DNA of 64,000 nt, taken from the NCBI GenBank assembly GCA_963793425.1, contig CAWCAG010000005.1, positions 2,080,001 through 2,144,000 on the forward strand, given 5' to 3'. How positions within the stretch are numbered: the first letter of the stretch is position 1; every line of letters begins with the position of its first letter. The notes beneath the pieces were generated by a model. It was given only the letters and a program-made list of their open reading frames with translations, had not been told where the DNA came from and made no database searches. This DNA comes from an uncultured cyanobacterium. Lineage in GTDB: Bacteria; Cyanobacteriota; Cyanobacteriia; Cyanobacteriales; CAWCAG01. Below, in pieces: positions 1 through 10,667 of the stretch. The position numbers and the translations under genes were made by a program.

Positions 1-134
1 AGGCTCTAGAATCTTATCAAAAAGCTATTGAACTTGACCCTAACTATCAAACAGCAATCAACAACCTTAATAAGCTTCTCGAAAAACTAGGAAGTTCTCC
101 TAATAATCAACAACAAACCACAGAGGTAAATTAG
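1..134 (+). CDS. TPR-repeat protein, 3' end (partial, begins upstream of window)
   Basis: Frame from nt 3 reads ALESYQKAIELDPNYQTAINNLNKLLEKLG...EVN*, the same C-terminal TPR cap as the neighbouring TPR genes. Confidence 0.8.
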   Translation, partial: ALESYQKAIELDPNYQTAINNLNKLLEKLGSSPNNQQQTTEVN

Positions 135-203
135 TAGCGTAAGCGAAGCCATGCGGTCGGCTTATGGCAAAACAGTTAACATCAGGATATTATTACCCTG
201 ATG

Positions 204-773
204 TTAAGCTTGTAAAATTTGTGTAACTGTTAAATCTAAGTTAGGGAAAATTGGTGAAACAATCTTTTCTGTTTCTTGATATTCATTAACTTCATAAAAC
301 CCCTCAACTAAAACTAAAACGGCAACTTTTTTCTGTTGGGGATCGACAATCCAATATTCGGGAATACCTACTACACTATATTCAGAACGCTTAAAACGAT
401 AATCTCTGGTTTTCGATTCTGAACTAACAATTTCTATAGCTAAATGAGCAGAATTAACTATTGCTGAATTTTCCAAAACCTCCTCAATTTCCTCACGACT
501 AATAACTAATAAATCAGGAAGTCGAGAACGATTAATTGCTGTACGAATACCAATATTTTGTAGTGCTAGCCAGGGCAAACTAAGCTTAGTTATTTCTGCT
601 TCTATAACCTGAGTAAGAAAGCGAATAATCAGGGCATGAAGACCTGTAGGAGGATTCATGATTAATAATTCTCCATCGACTAGTTCATAATGATTATCTG
701 TGCCATCGTCGTGGTTGAGATAGTTTTCAAAAGTAAGTTTGGTTCTATTTGTTGCCGGTTTGATTACTTCCAC
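204..773 (-). CDS. Uma2 family (DUF820) PD-(D/E)xK endonuclease
   Basis: YELVDGEL, RLPDL, LAIEIVS, DYRFKRSEY, GIPEYWIVDP motifs. Confidence 0.92.
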   Translation of the reverse strand: MEVIKPATNRTKLTFENYLNHDDGTDNHYELVDGELLIMNPPTGLHALIIRFLTQVIEAEITKLSLPWLALQNIGIRTAINRSRLPDLLVISREEIEEVLENSAIVNSAHLAIEIVSSESKTRDYRFKRSEYSVVGIPEYWIVDPQQKKVAVLVLVEGFYEVNEYQETEKIVSPIFPNLDLTVTQILQA

Positions 774-938
774 GGTTTAGTAATTTAATGCAAGTCGAAA
801 TCCTTAGAATATTAGCATCATTATTAAGATTTATGTTGCTGAGAATATTTATGTTTGATGAACAAAGAAACTTTTATTGAGCGCAACTAAAATGCAACTC
901 AACTTTATTTGTTATCTTGATTCTGCATCACTCAATTT

Positions 939-2099
939 ATGAAACTTAGCCACAAATTAACTCTTCCTATCATTTTCATCCTCTCTCTATCTGCCTGTGG
1001 TCTCACCAATGAATATAGAGCAAACGAGCTTTTCTCTGAAGCTTATCAATTGCACGGGCAGAAAAGCTATCAAGAGGCAATAGCAGCTTATGATCAAACC
1101 TTGGAAATTGAACCTGATAATCATGTAGCTTGGTATAATCGCGGCAACGCTTTAAGAAAGTTGAAACAACACCAAGAAGCATTGTTATCCTACGACAAAG
1201 CTTTAAAAATCAAACCCGACAACTCTGCTGCTTGGAATAATCGTGGTGTTGTACTAGGAGATTTAGGAAAACATGAAGAAGCGATCGCTTCCTATGATAA
1301 GGCTTTAGAAATCAAACCTGAACATAGCTCAGCTTGGTATAATCGCGGCATTGCTCTAAGAGATTTAGGAAAATATGAAGAGGCGGTAGTTTCTTATGAT
1401 AAGGCTTTAGAAATTAAACCGAGTGATAGTAGAATTTTGCATAATCGTGGCGTTGCTCTAAGTAGGTTGGAAAAACACGAAGAAGCCTTATTATCCTATG
1501 AAAAAGCTTTAGAAAATAAACCTGACGACTATAAGTCTTGGTACAATCGCGGCAATACTCTCTACGAATTAGACAACTATCAAGAAGCACTATTATCTTA
1601 CAACAAAGCTCTGGAAATCAAGCCTGACAGCTATTATTCTTGGTATAATCGCGGCAATATTCTCTATGAATTAGAGAACTATCAAGAAGCACTATTATCC
1701 TACGAAAAAGCTTTACAAATCAAACCAGATGACCACAAATCTTGGTACAATCGCGGCAATATTTTATACGAATTAAACAACTATCAAGAAGCTCTATTAT
1801 CTTACGAAAAAGCTTTACAAATTAAACCAGATGACCACAAATCTTGGTACAATCGTGGCAATATTCTCTATGAATCAGAGAACTATCAAGAAGCACTATT
1901 ATCCTACGAAAAAGCTTTACAGATTAAACCAGATGACTACAACTCTTGGTATAATCGTGGCAATATTCTCTATGAATCAGAGAACTATCAAGAAGCACTA
2001 TTATCTTACGAAAAAGCTTTGCAGATTAAACCCGACTTCCAATCAGCTATTAACAATCGCAACATTATTTTAGAAATATTAGAAAGCTCTCCTTCTTGA
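939..2099 (+). CDS. TPR-repeat lipoprotein
   Basis: Lipobox LSAC; about ten 34-aa repeats WYNRGN..Y.EAL.SY.KAL.IKPD; last repeats nearly identical 102-bp units. Confidence 0.92.
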   Translation: MKLSHKLTLPIIFILSLSACGLTNEYRANELFSEAYQLHGQKSYQEAIAAYDQTLEIEPDNHVAWYNRGNALRKLKQHQEALLSYDKALKIKPDNSAAWNNRGVVLGDLGKHEEAIASYDKALEIKPEHSSAWYNRGIALRDLGKYEEAVVSYDKALEIKPSDSRILHNRGVALSRLEKHEEALLSYEKALENKPDDYKSWYNRGNTLYELDNYQEALLSYNKALEIKPDSYYSWYNRGNILYELENYQEALLSYEKALQIKPDDHKSWYNRGNILYELNNYQEALLSYEKALQIKPDDHKSWYNRGNILYESENYQEALLSYEKALQIKPDDYNSWYNRGNILYESENYQEALLSYEKALQIKPDFQSAINNRNIILEILESSPS

Positions 2100-2199
2100 A
2101 AGATTTTAATTGCGTAAGCATAGCTGCCGGAAGGTTATCCCACTTTAGGTAGCCTCAATGAGTTAATCAGTAGTAACATTCATCCTGCGATCGCTAGTT

Positions 2200-2502
2200 A
2201 TGAAATCTCCCTACTGGTTAACTTTTCCTAGCATCGTTGTTTTATCTTTGTTTGCTGGTAATTTAATTAACCAACCTCTATTAGCAGCCTCAGAAGTAGA
2301 AGTTGCTCAAGCAACCACAGCAGAAGACTTTTACTCCGAAGGTAATCAATTTGCAAGTCAAGGGCGTTATGAAAAAGCAATAGAGTTTTACGACAAAGCC
2401 TTGGATATTAGAGTTAGAGAAGTACGAAAACTGGATCTAATATCAGATCGCGATGCCCAAAAAATTGTGTCCTTTGCGTATTTCTGCTTGGGAAACAGAT
2501 AA
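2200..2502 (+). pseudogene. Truncated secreted TPR protein (signal peptide plus first repeat)
   Basis: N-terminus nearly identical to the 2576 ORF; TPR pattern lost after YDKALDI. Confidence 0.7.
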
Positions 2503-2575
2503 ATACTTTACAGAAGGCAGTTACAAAAATGTGACTGAACCTCAATTGTAATATTTATCTTAAGCTGACCAAATT

Positions 2576-3683
2576 ATGAAACTTCGCTACTTATTAGCTT
2601 TTCCTGGCATCCTTGCTTTATCTTTATCTGCTGGTAATTTAATTAACCAACCTCTATTGGCAGCCCCAGCAATAGAGATTGCGGAGGCAACCACAGCAGA
2701 AGACTTTTTCTCCGAAGGTAATCAATTCTATGAACAAGGGCATTATGAAAAAGCAATAGAATCTTATGATAAAGCCATAGAGATTAAACCTGACTACTTT
2801 CAAGCTTGGGGGAATCGTGGTATTGCCCTAGGGAAGTTAGAAAAGTACGAAGAGGCAATTTTATCCTTTGATAAAGTCACAGAAATCAAACCTGACAACA
2901 GTTATGCTTGGTATAATCGCGGTATTGCTCTAGGAAAGTTAGAAAAGTACGAAGAGGCAATCTTATCCTATGACAAAGCTGTAGAAATTAATCCCGACGA
3001 CAGTTATGCTTGGCATAATCGCGGCAATTGTTCTAGGAAAGTTAGAAAAGTACGAAGAAGCAATGCTTATCCTACGATAAGGCTTTGGAGATTGAACCTG
3101 AAGACTAGTACAGCCTGGTACTAATCGCGGCAATGCTCTAAATAATTTAGGAAAATATGAAGAGGCAATAGCCTCCTTCGACAAAGCTTTGGAAATTAAA
3201 TCTGATGACTATAAAGCTTGGTCTAATCGCGGCAATGCTCTAAGATAAGTGTAGGAAAGTACGAGGAAGCTATAGTATCCTATGACAAAGCTTTAGAGAT
3301 TAAACCTGACCTTTACGAAGCTTGGTAGTAATCGCGGTATTACTCTAGCTGATTTAGAAAAGTACGACCGAAGCAATCTTATCCTACGACAAAGCTTTAA
3401 AAATTGAACCTGACAACTATTTAGCTTGGTATAATCGTGGTAATTGCTCTAAGAAAGTTAGGAAAATACGAGGAGGCTATAGTATCCTTTGACAAAGCTA
3501 TAGCAGATTAAACCTGACCTTTACCAAGCTTGGAATAATCGCGGTGCTGCCCTAGAGAAATCAGGAAAATATCAAGAGGCAATTTTTTCCTACGATAAAG
3601 CGTTAGAAATCCAACCTGATGATCAAATAGCTATTGAAAATCGCAGACTTCTCCTTGAAAAACTAGAAAATTCTGCTCCTTAA
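2576..3683 (+). CDS. Secreted TPR-repeat protein, frameshifted in this sequence (about ten single-base insertions; probably one intact gene)
   Basis: TPR repeats continue in changing frames from ~3027 to the cap ...AIENRRLLLEKLENSAP* ending 3683. Confidence 0.75.
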
Positions 3684-3862
3684 AGGGAAATTTAGCAGAG
3701 TAGCAATGTCTTTAGCCACAAGCCCACCGTATAAATTTTAGGCTTATGGCTAGAGATTTTTATTCTTAGACTTCATGGGTAGGAAGATAAATATCTTGCG
3801 ATCGCAAAAATTCAAACGCAAGTATACTTCAAGTTAAAATATTTATCGGCCCTAACCCAACC

Positions 3863-4042
3863 ATGAAATCTTCCTACTGGTTAACTCTTCCTGGCATCCT
3901 GGTTTTATCTTTATATGCTGGTAGTTTAACTAACCAACCTCTATTGGCAGCCTCAGAAGTAGAAATTGCTGAAGCAACCGCAGCAGAAGACTTTTTCTCC
4001 GAAGGTGATGAGTTTTTCAGTCAAGGGTATTATAGATTGTAG
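3863..4042 (+). pseudogene. Third N-terminal remnant of the secreted TPR family (59 aa)
   Basis: MKSSYWLTLPGILVLSLYAGSLTNQPLLAASEVEIAEATAAEDFFSEG..., paralogous to the starts at 2200 and 2576. Confidence 0.75.
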
Positions 4043-4217
4043 TCAGCAAGCAGAATGGCAGGGAATTGTATTGTATCTCCCTTTATGAAGGCTAAAGCCA
4101 AAGACCTATTGGCTAAGATTTGTCCTAACTCAAACTCTGGGGAGTATATGGATAGGTATTGCCTTTTACCCAGAGCTTAACTGATAATTAACGAGTTAAG
4201 TTTCTCTGGAGTTGCGA

Positions 4218-5477
4218 GTGAAGGTTTTGGTCGTTGGTAATGGAGGGCGCGAACACGCCCTGGCTTGGAAACTGTTGCAATCAGAGCAAGTTGATAAAGT
4301 ATTTTGTGTTCCGGGTAATGGTGGAACAGCTTTATTGGAAGGGTGTCAGAATTTAGCTTTAAGTGGAGATGACTTTGAGGGGTTAAGTAAATTTGCTTTA
4401 GTTAATGGTATATCCTTAATAGTTGTTGGACCAGAAGTTCCCCTCGCTTTAGGAGTTACAGATCGCCTGCTTAGAGATAACTTGAAAGTTTTTGCACCGA
4501 CTCAAGCTGGGGCGCAAATTGAATCGAGTAAGTCTTGGGCTAAAGAATTAATGGCAGAGGCTGGTATACCCACAGCCCGTAGCAAAAGCTTCACAGAATT
4601 AGCCCCAGCCCAAGCTTATGTTATTGAAAAAGGAGCGCCTATAGTAGTTAAAGCAGATGGTTTAGCAGCAGGTAAGGGAGTAACTGTTGCCTCTACTGTA
4701 GAAGAGGCTAAAAGCGCTTTGGAGGCACTCTTTGCGAAGGGATTTACTAATGTGGTGGTAGAAGAGTTTTTAGTTGGGGAAGAGGTTTCAGTTTTTGCCT
4801 TAACTGATGGCATTAGCTTACGCACCTTAATTACGGCCCAAGATCATAAAAGGATTGGTGAAGGAGATACTGGGGAAAATACCGGAGGCATGGGGGCTTA
4901 TGCCCCAGCACCTTTGGTAAATCCTCAACTGATGGAACGTATTGAGCAAGAAATTCTTCAACCTACAATAGATGCTTTACAACAAAAAGGCATTGATTAC
5001 CGGGGTGTTCTTTATGCAGGATTAATGATTTCTCCCCAAGGTGATCCTTTTATTCTTGAATTTAACTGTCGTTTTGGAGATCCTGAAACCCAAGTCCTTT
5101 TACCCTTGCTGGAGACTCCTTTAGAAGAAATTCTCCTCGCTTGTGCTGAAAAGAGATTGGAAAAGTTACCTCCCATTGAATGGAAACAAGGTAGTGCTGT
5201 TTGTGTCGTTGCTGCTTCCCAAGGTTATCCGGGCCCCTTTGAGAAAGGTTTTACCATCTCCGGTATTGAAAAGGCAGAAGAATTAGAAACTATGGTATTT
5301 CACGCTGGCACTAAGTTGATGGGAGGAAAACCTGTTACCAACGGGGGAAGAGTGTTAGGGGTTACAGCAGTAGGAGAATCTTTTGAGCAAGCAATTGAGC
5401 AAGTTTACCAAGGAATTAGCGCCATAGATTTTACCGGAATATACTTCCGCAATGATATTGGGCATCGGGTAAAGTAA
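4218..5477 (+). CDS. purD: Phosphoribosylamine--glycine ligase
   Basis: KVLVVGNGGREHALAW, PIVVKADGLAAGKGV, QDHKR, NTGGMGAY, EFNCRFGDPETQ; GTG start assumed. Confidence 0.97.
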   Translation: MKVLVVGNGGREHALAWKLLQSEQVDKVFCVPGNGGTALLEGCQNLALSGDDFEGLSKFALVNGISLIVVGPEVPLALGVTDRLLRDNLKVFAPTQAGAQIESSKSWAKELMAEAGIPTARSKSFTELAPAQAYVIEKGAPIVVKADGLAAGKGVTVASTVEEAKSALEALFAKGFTNVVVEEFLVGEEVSVFALTDGISLRTLITAQDHKRIGEGDTGENTGGMGAYAPAPLVNPQLMERIEQEILQPTIDALQQKGIDYRGVLYAGLMISPQGDPFILEFNCRFGDPETQVLLPLLETPLEEILLACAEKRLEKLPPIEWKQGSAVCVVAASQGYPGPFEKGFTISGIEKAEELETMVFHAGTKLMGGKPVTNGGRVLGVTAVGESFEQAIEQVYQGISAIDFTGIYFRNDIGHRVK

Positions 5478-5499
5478 GTCAAAAATAATTTCCAATATG

Positions 5500-5550
5500 A
5501 TCATTGTACGGCTTGCCGTTGCCGCTAGGCATCATTGATAATTGATAATT
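5500..5550. repeat. Short dispersed repeat (core CGGCTTGCCGTTGCCGyTAGGCATCATTGATA)
   Basis: Related copies at ~11215-11260 (inverted), ~20193-20226, ~24020-24080 and ~25325-25390. Confidence 0.75.
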
Positions 5551-5567
5551 TCGGGAGCATTAGAACC

Positions 5568-6803
5568 TTGCAAACAGTAACTATTATCGCCATTATTCTT
5601 GCTGCTATAGGAACTGGTTTAATAATTTCTGACCGACGTAAAGATAAGTACTCTCCTTGGCAAGCGACGGTTATCCCCTTAGCTTCCATTCTCGGTAGCG
5701 GTTTTTTGGTTTCTGCCCCTTTGTTAGCCAGACAGTTAGGTAATTATGCCCTTTTCGGTATGGTGGCATTGATTGGGATCGCCTATTTACTGGGGGAGGC
5801 GGTGCGTTTTAATATTCAATATTTAGAACCCAGGATGGAAAAAGGGGATAAGGGTTTAGCTTTTACTATTGAAAGAATCTCTTTTTATGTTTTAGCTGCT
5901 GGTTATGTCATTGCTGTTGCTTTTTATCTCAATCTACTTTCTGCCTTTATCCTCGAAGGTTTTTTTGCTCTATCTCCCCTAATTACTAAGATCATAACTT
6001 CAGTTTTTATTGTCTCAATTGCTTTGCTTGGTTGGTGGCGGGGCTTAGATATTTTAGAATCGGTGACTAAAAATGCAGCAAGTCTGAACTTGGTTTTGAT
6101 TGCCGCTTTCTTCATCGGTTTATTGTCCTATAACCTCTCAGAAATTGTCGAGGGAAAATGGCAACTTTTAACAGAAAGTCCCTCCTTTACTTGGGGAACA
6201 ATGCGATCGCTGTTGGGCTTACTTTTTATTACCCAAGGTTTTGAAATTTCCCGCTTCCTTAGCTCTAAATATGACTCTGCTTTGCGGGTAAAAACCATGA
6301 GATATGCTCAGTTGCTGGCTGGAGCTATTTATATTCTCTTTATTGCCTTAGCAACAAGTATGTTTGGTTTACCTGGGGGACAAAGTACTATTGCTGTCTT
6401 AGAATATGCTCAGCTAGGAGTTTTTGTTCTACCTTTTGTGATGGTTGTTGCGGCCTTTTGTAGTCAATTCAGTGCCGCAGTGGCCGATACAGCCGGTTCT
6501 GGTGGTTTAATGGTAGCAATCACAGAAAAACAAGTATTTGTCCAAAGACCAGGACGGACTGATTATTTTATTGTGGCTGCTTTGGCACTGATTTTAACTT
6601 GGTTAACAGATGTCGTAGAAATCATTAGCATTGCTTCACGGGTTTTTGCTATCTTTTATGCCCTTCAATGTGCAGCCGCTTTGACCTTAGCCTTTAAAAC
6701 TCCAGGGGTCAAAAATCGTTTTCTCAACATGGCTTTATTTATTACAGCAATCTTTATTTGTTTATTAGTAGCGATTTTTGCTAAGTCAGCTTTTTATAAC
6801 TAA
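5568..6803 (+). CDS. APC-superfamily-like membrane transporter
   Basis: About 11-12 hydrophobic segments, ASILGSGFL and QGFE motifs; TTG start after GGGAG assumed. Confidence 0.7.
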   Translation: MQTVTIIAIILAAIGTGLIISDRRKDKYSPWQATVIPLASILGSGFLVSAPLLARQLGNYALFGMVALIGIAYLLGEAVRFNIQYLEPRMEKGDKGLAFTIERISFYVLAAGYVIAVAFYLNLLSAFILEGFFALSPLITKIITSVFIVSIALLGWWRGLDILESVTKNAASLNLVLIAAFFIGLLSYNLSEIVEGKWQLLTESPSFTWGTMRSLLGLLFITQGFEISRFLSSKYDSALRVKTMRYAQLLAGAIYILFIALATSMFGLPGGQSTIAVLEYAQLGVFVLPFVMVVAAFCSQFSAAVADTAGSGGLMVAITEKQVFVQRPGRTDYFIVAALALILTWLTDVVEIISIASRVFAIFYALQCAAALTLAFKTPGVKNRFLNMALFITAIFICLLVAIFAKSAFYN

Positions 6804-6853
6804 CTAAATGGGGAGAAGGGAGCAGAGAGCAGAGAGCAGGTAAGTAATAAGTT

Positions 6854-7699
6854 ATGAAATCAATTAAAACATTCTTGCCAACTCTTTGGCGTTCTAAATC
6901 TGGCAAAATTGGTTTAATACTCACAATTGCTATTGTTTTAGTAGCTTTACTCGCTCCTATTTTAAATCCTTTTGATCCTGCCACAGCCAGAGATTATGCT
7001 GCTCGGTTAAAGCCTCCTTCTAGTCAGCATTTATTCGGTACAGATGCTTTAGGAAGGGATGTCTTAACTTTAGTTTGGTATGGAGTGAGAACCTCTTTAA
7101 TTGTAGGACCAATTTCTGTAGCTTTAGGTTTAATAATTGGTACACTTTTAGGTTTGATTTCAGGTTATTTTCGCGGTTTAGCAGAAACAATCATCGGTTG
7201 GTTAACAGATATTCTTTTAGCCTTTCCTTCAATTTTGCTGGCGATCGCAATTGTTACGGTTACAGGCCCAAGTCTCCCCAGTGTTATGTTAGCAGTGGGG
7301 ATGGTGCAAATTCCCATTTTTACACGTTTAACCCGTAGTATGGTACTTTCTTTACGAGAAAGGGAGTTTGTTCAAGCCGTTCAATCTTTGGGGGCAACCC
7401 CAGCCAGGATTATTTTTTTGCATATTTTACCGGGTAGCTTTAGTGCCATAATTGTTCAGGCAACTCTCTCTGTGGGTACGGCAACCTTAGAAGCGGCTGG
7501 CTTAGGTTTTCTTGGTTTGGGCGCACAACCCCCCACTCCTGAATTGGGAACAATGTTGGCTGATTCTTTTAAAGGAGGCTATTCTTTATCCGCCCCCTGG
7601 ACAACTATTTTTCCTGGCTTATTGATTACTTTGATTGTTCTAGCTTTTAACTTACTCGGAGATGGCTTGAGAGATAGTTTAGATCCGCGTTTGAATTAA
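6854..7699 (+). CDS. Peptide/nickel ABC transporter permease (DppC/OppC family)
   Basis: HLFGTDALGRD, EFVQAVQSLGA EAA loop, EAAGLGFLGLG, AFNLLGDGLRD. Confidence 0.93.
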   Translation: MKSIKTFLPTLWRSKSGKIGLILTIAIVLVALLAPILNPFDPATARDYAARLKPPSSQHLFGTDALGRDVLTLVWYGVRTSLIVGPISVALGLIIGTLLGLISGYFRGLAETIIGWLTDILLAFPSILLAIAIVTVTGPSLPSVMLAVGMVQIPIFTRLTRSMVLSLREREFVQAVQSLGATPARIIFLHILPGSFSAIIVQATLSVGTATLEAAGLGFLGLGAQPPTPELGTMLADSFKGGYSLSAPWTTIFPGLLITLIVLAFNLLGDGLRDSLDPRLN

Positions 7700-7753
7700 T
7701 TCCTGGTAGAGAGTAGGGAGTAGAAGGTTTTTGGTTTGTGTTTCTCAAGAGTT

Positions 7754-8053
7754 TTACTGCTTATCCTCAACTTTTTGCTCCCATCGAAATAACCAAATCA
7801 TCAAAGCAACAATACCTAGTTGTAGAGCCAAATTAGGTAAAGCTGTGGCAACATCTCTGCCGGCAGCAACTTGAGCAAAAAAGACAAAAGCACCAATGAA
7901 TCCTGAAGCAGCAAAGGTAACATAAATTGTTTTCCTTAATCCTCGGTAAGGAGCCTTCGCTTCTGCCCTCAACCTAGCATATTTTTCTGGGCTTAAAGGT
8001 TCTTTGCTGCGGCGTTTTTTGCCCTGGTTTGGGTTAGACTTTGAGTTAACCAT
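7754..8053 (-). CDS. DUF3493-like cyanobacterial membrane protein
   Basis: RLRAEAKAPYRGLR followed by two TM helices. Confidence 0.75.
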   Translation of the reverse strand: MVNSKSNPNQGKKRRSKEPLSPEKYARLRAEAKAPYRGLRKTIYVTFAASGFIGAFVFFAQVAAGRDVATALPNLALQLGIVALMIWLFRWEQKVEDKQ

Positions 8054-8155
8054 CGGCGATTTTGATACTTTCTTTGTGCAGATTGTCTCTATACTCTCTA
8101 TACTCTACCAAACTTGGCCATTAGGGGTTGTCACTAATGACCAGACGAAATAACT

Positions 8156-9469
8156 ATGGCAAATATGAAAACCTTAAGTTTAAGTACTGCGATCGCAGCA
8201 GCAATTGTTTGTTATGCAACTCCAGCCTTCTCTGCTAACCCCGATCATGTGCAGAGGTTACTAGAAACCAATCAATGTCCTCAATGTGACTTATCTGGGG
8301 CTGATTTAGGGGAAGCGAATTTATACGGGGCGAATTTAGTTAATGCTAACTTAACCGGGGCAAATCTGGCGGGGGCTAATTTAGGAGAAGCAGATTTTAC
8401 TGATGCTAACCTCACCGGGGCGAAACTCAACCAAGCTTACCTACGAGGGGCAATTTTAGAGAATACCAACTTAAGCAGTGCTGATTTAACTAACGCTTAT
8501 TTGCGAGATGCTGTGTTGATGGAAGCCGAAATTAACAACGCTAGTCTCCAGGGAGTTAATCTCAGCCGTACTAATTTGAGTGGCATTGATTTACAAGGAG
8601 TTAATTTAAGCAATGCTAACCTCAAAAACACGATCTTTAGCGGTTTTATTCCTGCTAATTTTAGTGGGGCAAATTCTTCTTTGGGTTTTGGTGCTTTTAT
8701 TCCTCAATTTTTTTATACTTCTTTATGTAACGAAAGTTTCGGTAGTTCTGATATTGTAGATGAGGAATTAGAAGAACTTGGCTTTACTCTTGGCAATTTA
8801 AAAGATGCCAATTTTAGTGGCGCAAATCTTAGTAACGCTATATTAATAGGAGCAGATTTAAGTAATGCCAACCTTAGCAATGCTAATTTAAGAAATACTT
8901 GTTTAGCTCAAGCTTCCCTTAAAAATGCTAATCTCGACAATGCCAATCTCCAAAATGCACAACTAAACTCAGCCATAGTAGAGAGGGCTAGTTTCCGGGG
9001 TGCAGAAGGAGTTAATTTAGAAGGAACCTACGCCACGGAAAGAGAAGCTTTTCTAGCCCCGAAACAATCCCAAGCCCTTTCTTCTGTTAGAGCTATGGGT
9101 AGAGCGCAGCAATATTACTACTCAGAAGAAGGAAGATTCACAACTAGTTTGGCAGAACTTGGTCTTGGTTTTGGTCCAGAAGACGAATTTTATCGTTATT
9201 TAGTTGTACTTCAAGGAGACAATACTCAAAAGGTAAAACTTGTTACCCAAGCAAAAGAAGCAGAATTAAAAAGTTACACCGGGGCAGTATTTGTAGTTCC
9301 CTTTCCAGAAGATCCTGATACTGAATATACTACAGTAACAATCATCTGTGAAAGCAATAGCCCTTCTAAAACTCCTCCTTCTATGCCAGAAACTCCGAAA
9401 AATATTGAGGCGGAAATTACTTGCCCTGTTGGTTCTAGTCCTATTGTAGGTTATAGTTATTATCCCTAA
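8156..9469 (+). CDS. Secreted pentapeptide-repeat protein with C-terminal pilin-G/H-like domain
   Basis: Signal peptide, LLETNQCPQCDL cap, A(N/D)LxG repeats; tail MGRAQQYYYSEEGRFTTSLAELGLG...LKSYTGAVF...IICES...C. Confidence 0.85.
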   Translation: MANMKTLSLSTAIAAAIVCYATPAFSANPDHVQRLLETNQCPQCDLSGADLGEANLYGANLVNANLTGANLAGANLGEADFTDANLTGAKLNQAYLRGAILENTNLSSADLTNAYLRDAVLMEAEINNASLQGVNLSRTNLSGIDLQGVNLSNANLKNTIFSGFIPANFSGANSSLGFGAFIPQFFYTSLCNESFGSSDIVDEELEELGFTLGNLKDANFSGANLSNAILIGADLSNANLSNANLRNTCLAQASLKNANLDNANLQNAQLNSAIVERASFRGAEGVNLEGTYATEREAFLAPKQSQALSSVRAMGRAQQYYYSEEGRFTTSLAELGLGFGPEDEFYRYLVVLQGDNTQKVKLVTQAKEAELKSYTGAVFVVPFPEDPDTEYTTVTIICESNSPSKTPPSMPETPKNIEAEITCPVGSSPIVGYSYYP

Positions 9470-9975
9470 AGGAAGCTTTGTAAAATTAATCGAAAATCTT
9501 CTTTAATTTGAGAAGCATTTTCTTCATTTAAAAGAGGAACATGAACAAAAATAGCAGAGGAGTTAAATTGACGTCTTTTTAAATGATGTAAAACATTATA
9601 ATAAAGTCCTTCACAAACAAACTTTCCTGCTTCATGGCTAATTTCTGTATGAACTAACTTAGTTATTAATCCTTCTAAATCCACAGCAGTAGATAATAAC
9701 TTCTCGCCACAACTAGCGCGAGACTCTATAGTTAATTGAGAACGAGATTCTGCCATGCCGCAACAAATTACTACCTGGGGACGTATATCTTCAATTTTAT
9801 TAATTGTTAAAATACTAGCTTGAGGAGTATTAACAGGAAGCTTTCTTAACCAAAACAAAGCAGCATTCCCTACAAATTCCTGTTGAAACATCTCTAATAA
9901 ATCATCGGAAGCATTAGACTTTTGATGAGGCAACCAAGTTTGAAAAGAAGTGAGGAGAACTTTGTTATTGAGCAT
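9466..9975 (-). CDS. Pyroglutamyl-peptidase I-like (peptidase C15)
   Basis: LLTSF, LTIESRA, AGKFVCE catalytic Cys, FVHVP catalytic His. Confidence 0.85.
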   Translation of the reverse strand: MLNNKVLLTSFQTWLPHQKSNASDDLLEMFQQEFVGNAALFWLRKLPVNTPQASILTINKIEDIRPQVVICCGMAESRSQLTIESRASCGEKLLSTAVDLEGLITKLVHTEISHEAGKFVCEGLYYNVLHHLKRRQFNSSAIFVHVPLLNEENASQIKEDFRLILQSFL

Positions 9976-10037
9976 TGATCATCTATTATTTGTTAAGGTT
10001 ATCTTTCCTAAACTTGCTAGCTAAATAGGGGATTTTC

Positions 10038-10667
10038 ATGCCAGCGATCGCAGTTATTGATTATGATATGGGAAATATGCACTCTGCTTGTAAAGGTTTA
10101 GAAAAAGCAGGGGCAACAACTAAAATAACTGACTCTGCAAAAGACATTGAACAAGCAGATGCCATCGTTTTACCTGGAGTAGGGGCTTTTGATCCGGCGG
10201 TACAACATTTAAGAAGCCGAGACTTAGTTAGTCCCCTCAAAGATGTAATCGCTTCCGGCAAGCCATTTTTAGGTATTTGTTTAGGTTTGCACATTCTCTT
10301 TGATGGTTCTGAAGAAGGTACAGAATCTGGTTTAGGTATTATCCCAGGAACTGTCCGTCGCTTTCATTCTGAACCAGGAATTACTATTCCTCACATGGGT
10401 TGGAATCAATTAGAATTTAGTCAACCGGAGCTTAATTTATGGCAAAATTTAGGGCATAATCCCTACGTTTATTTTGACCATTCCTATTATGTTGATCCTC
10501 TAGATCCTCAAGTTAAAGCCGCTACTGTTACCCACGGTTCTCAACAAATAACGGCTGCGATCGCCAAAGATAATTTATTAGCAGTACAATTTCACCCAGA
10601 AAAGTCTTCCACTGCGGGACTAAAGCTTTTATCTAATTTTGTCAAGACGGTAATTAATAATAACTAA
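10038..10667 (+). CDS. hisH: Imidazole glycerol phosphate synthase glutaminase subunit
   Basis: IDYDMGN, LPGVGAF, LGICLG, PHMGWN, QFHPEKS. Confidence 0.96.
   Translation: MPAIAVIDYDMGNMHSACKGLEKAGATTKITDSAKDIEQADAIVLPGVGAFDPAVQHLRSRDLVSPLKDVIASGKPFLGICLGLHILFDGSEEGTESGLGIIPGTVRRFHSEPGITIPHMGWNQLEFSQPELNLWQNLGHNPYVYFDHSYYVDPLDPQVKAATVTHGSQQITAAIAKDNLLAVQFHPEKSSTAGLKLLSNFVKTVINNN

Noticed and set aside
1540..2040. CRISPR-like regularly spaced repeats
   Set aside because: 102-bp period is the coding TPR unit
3020..3510. Programmed frameshifting or hypermutation (DGR-like) in the TPR gene
   Set aside because: About ten lesions, all single-base insertions within a repeat, and no reverse transcriptase or template repeat in view; uncorrected sequencing error is more likely
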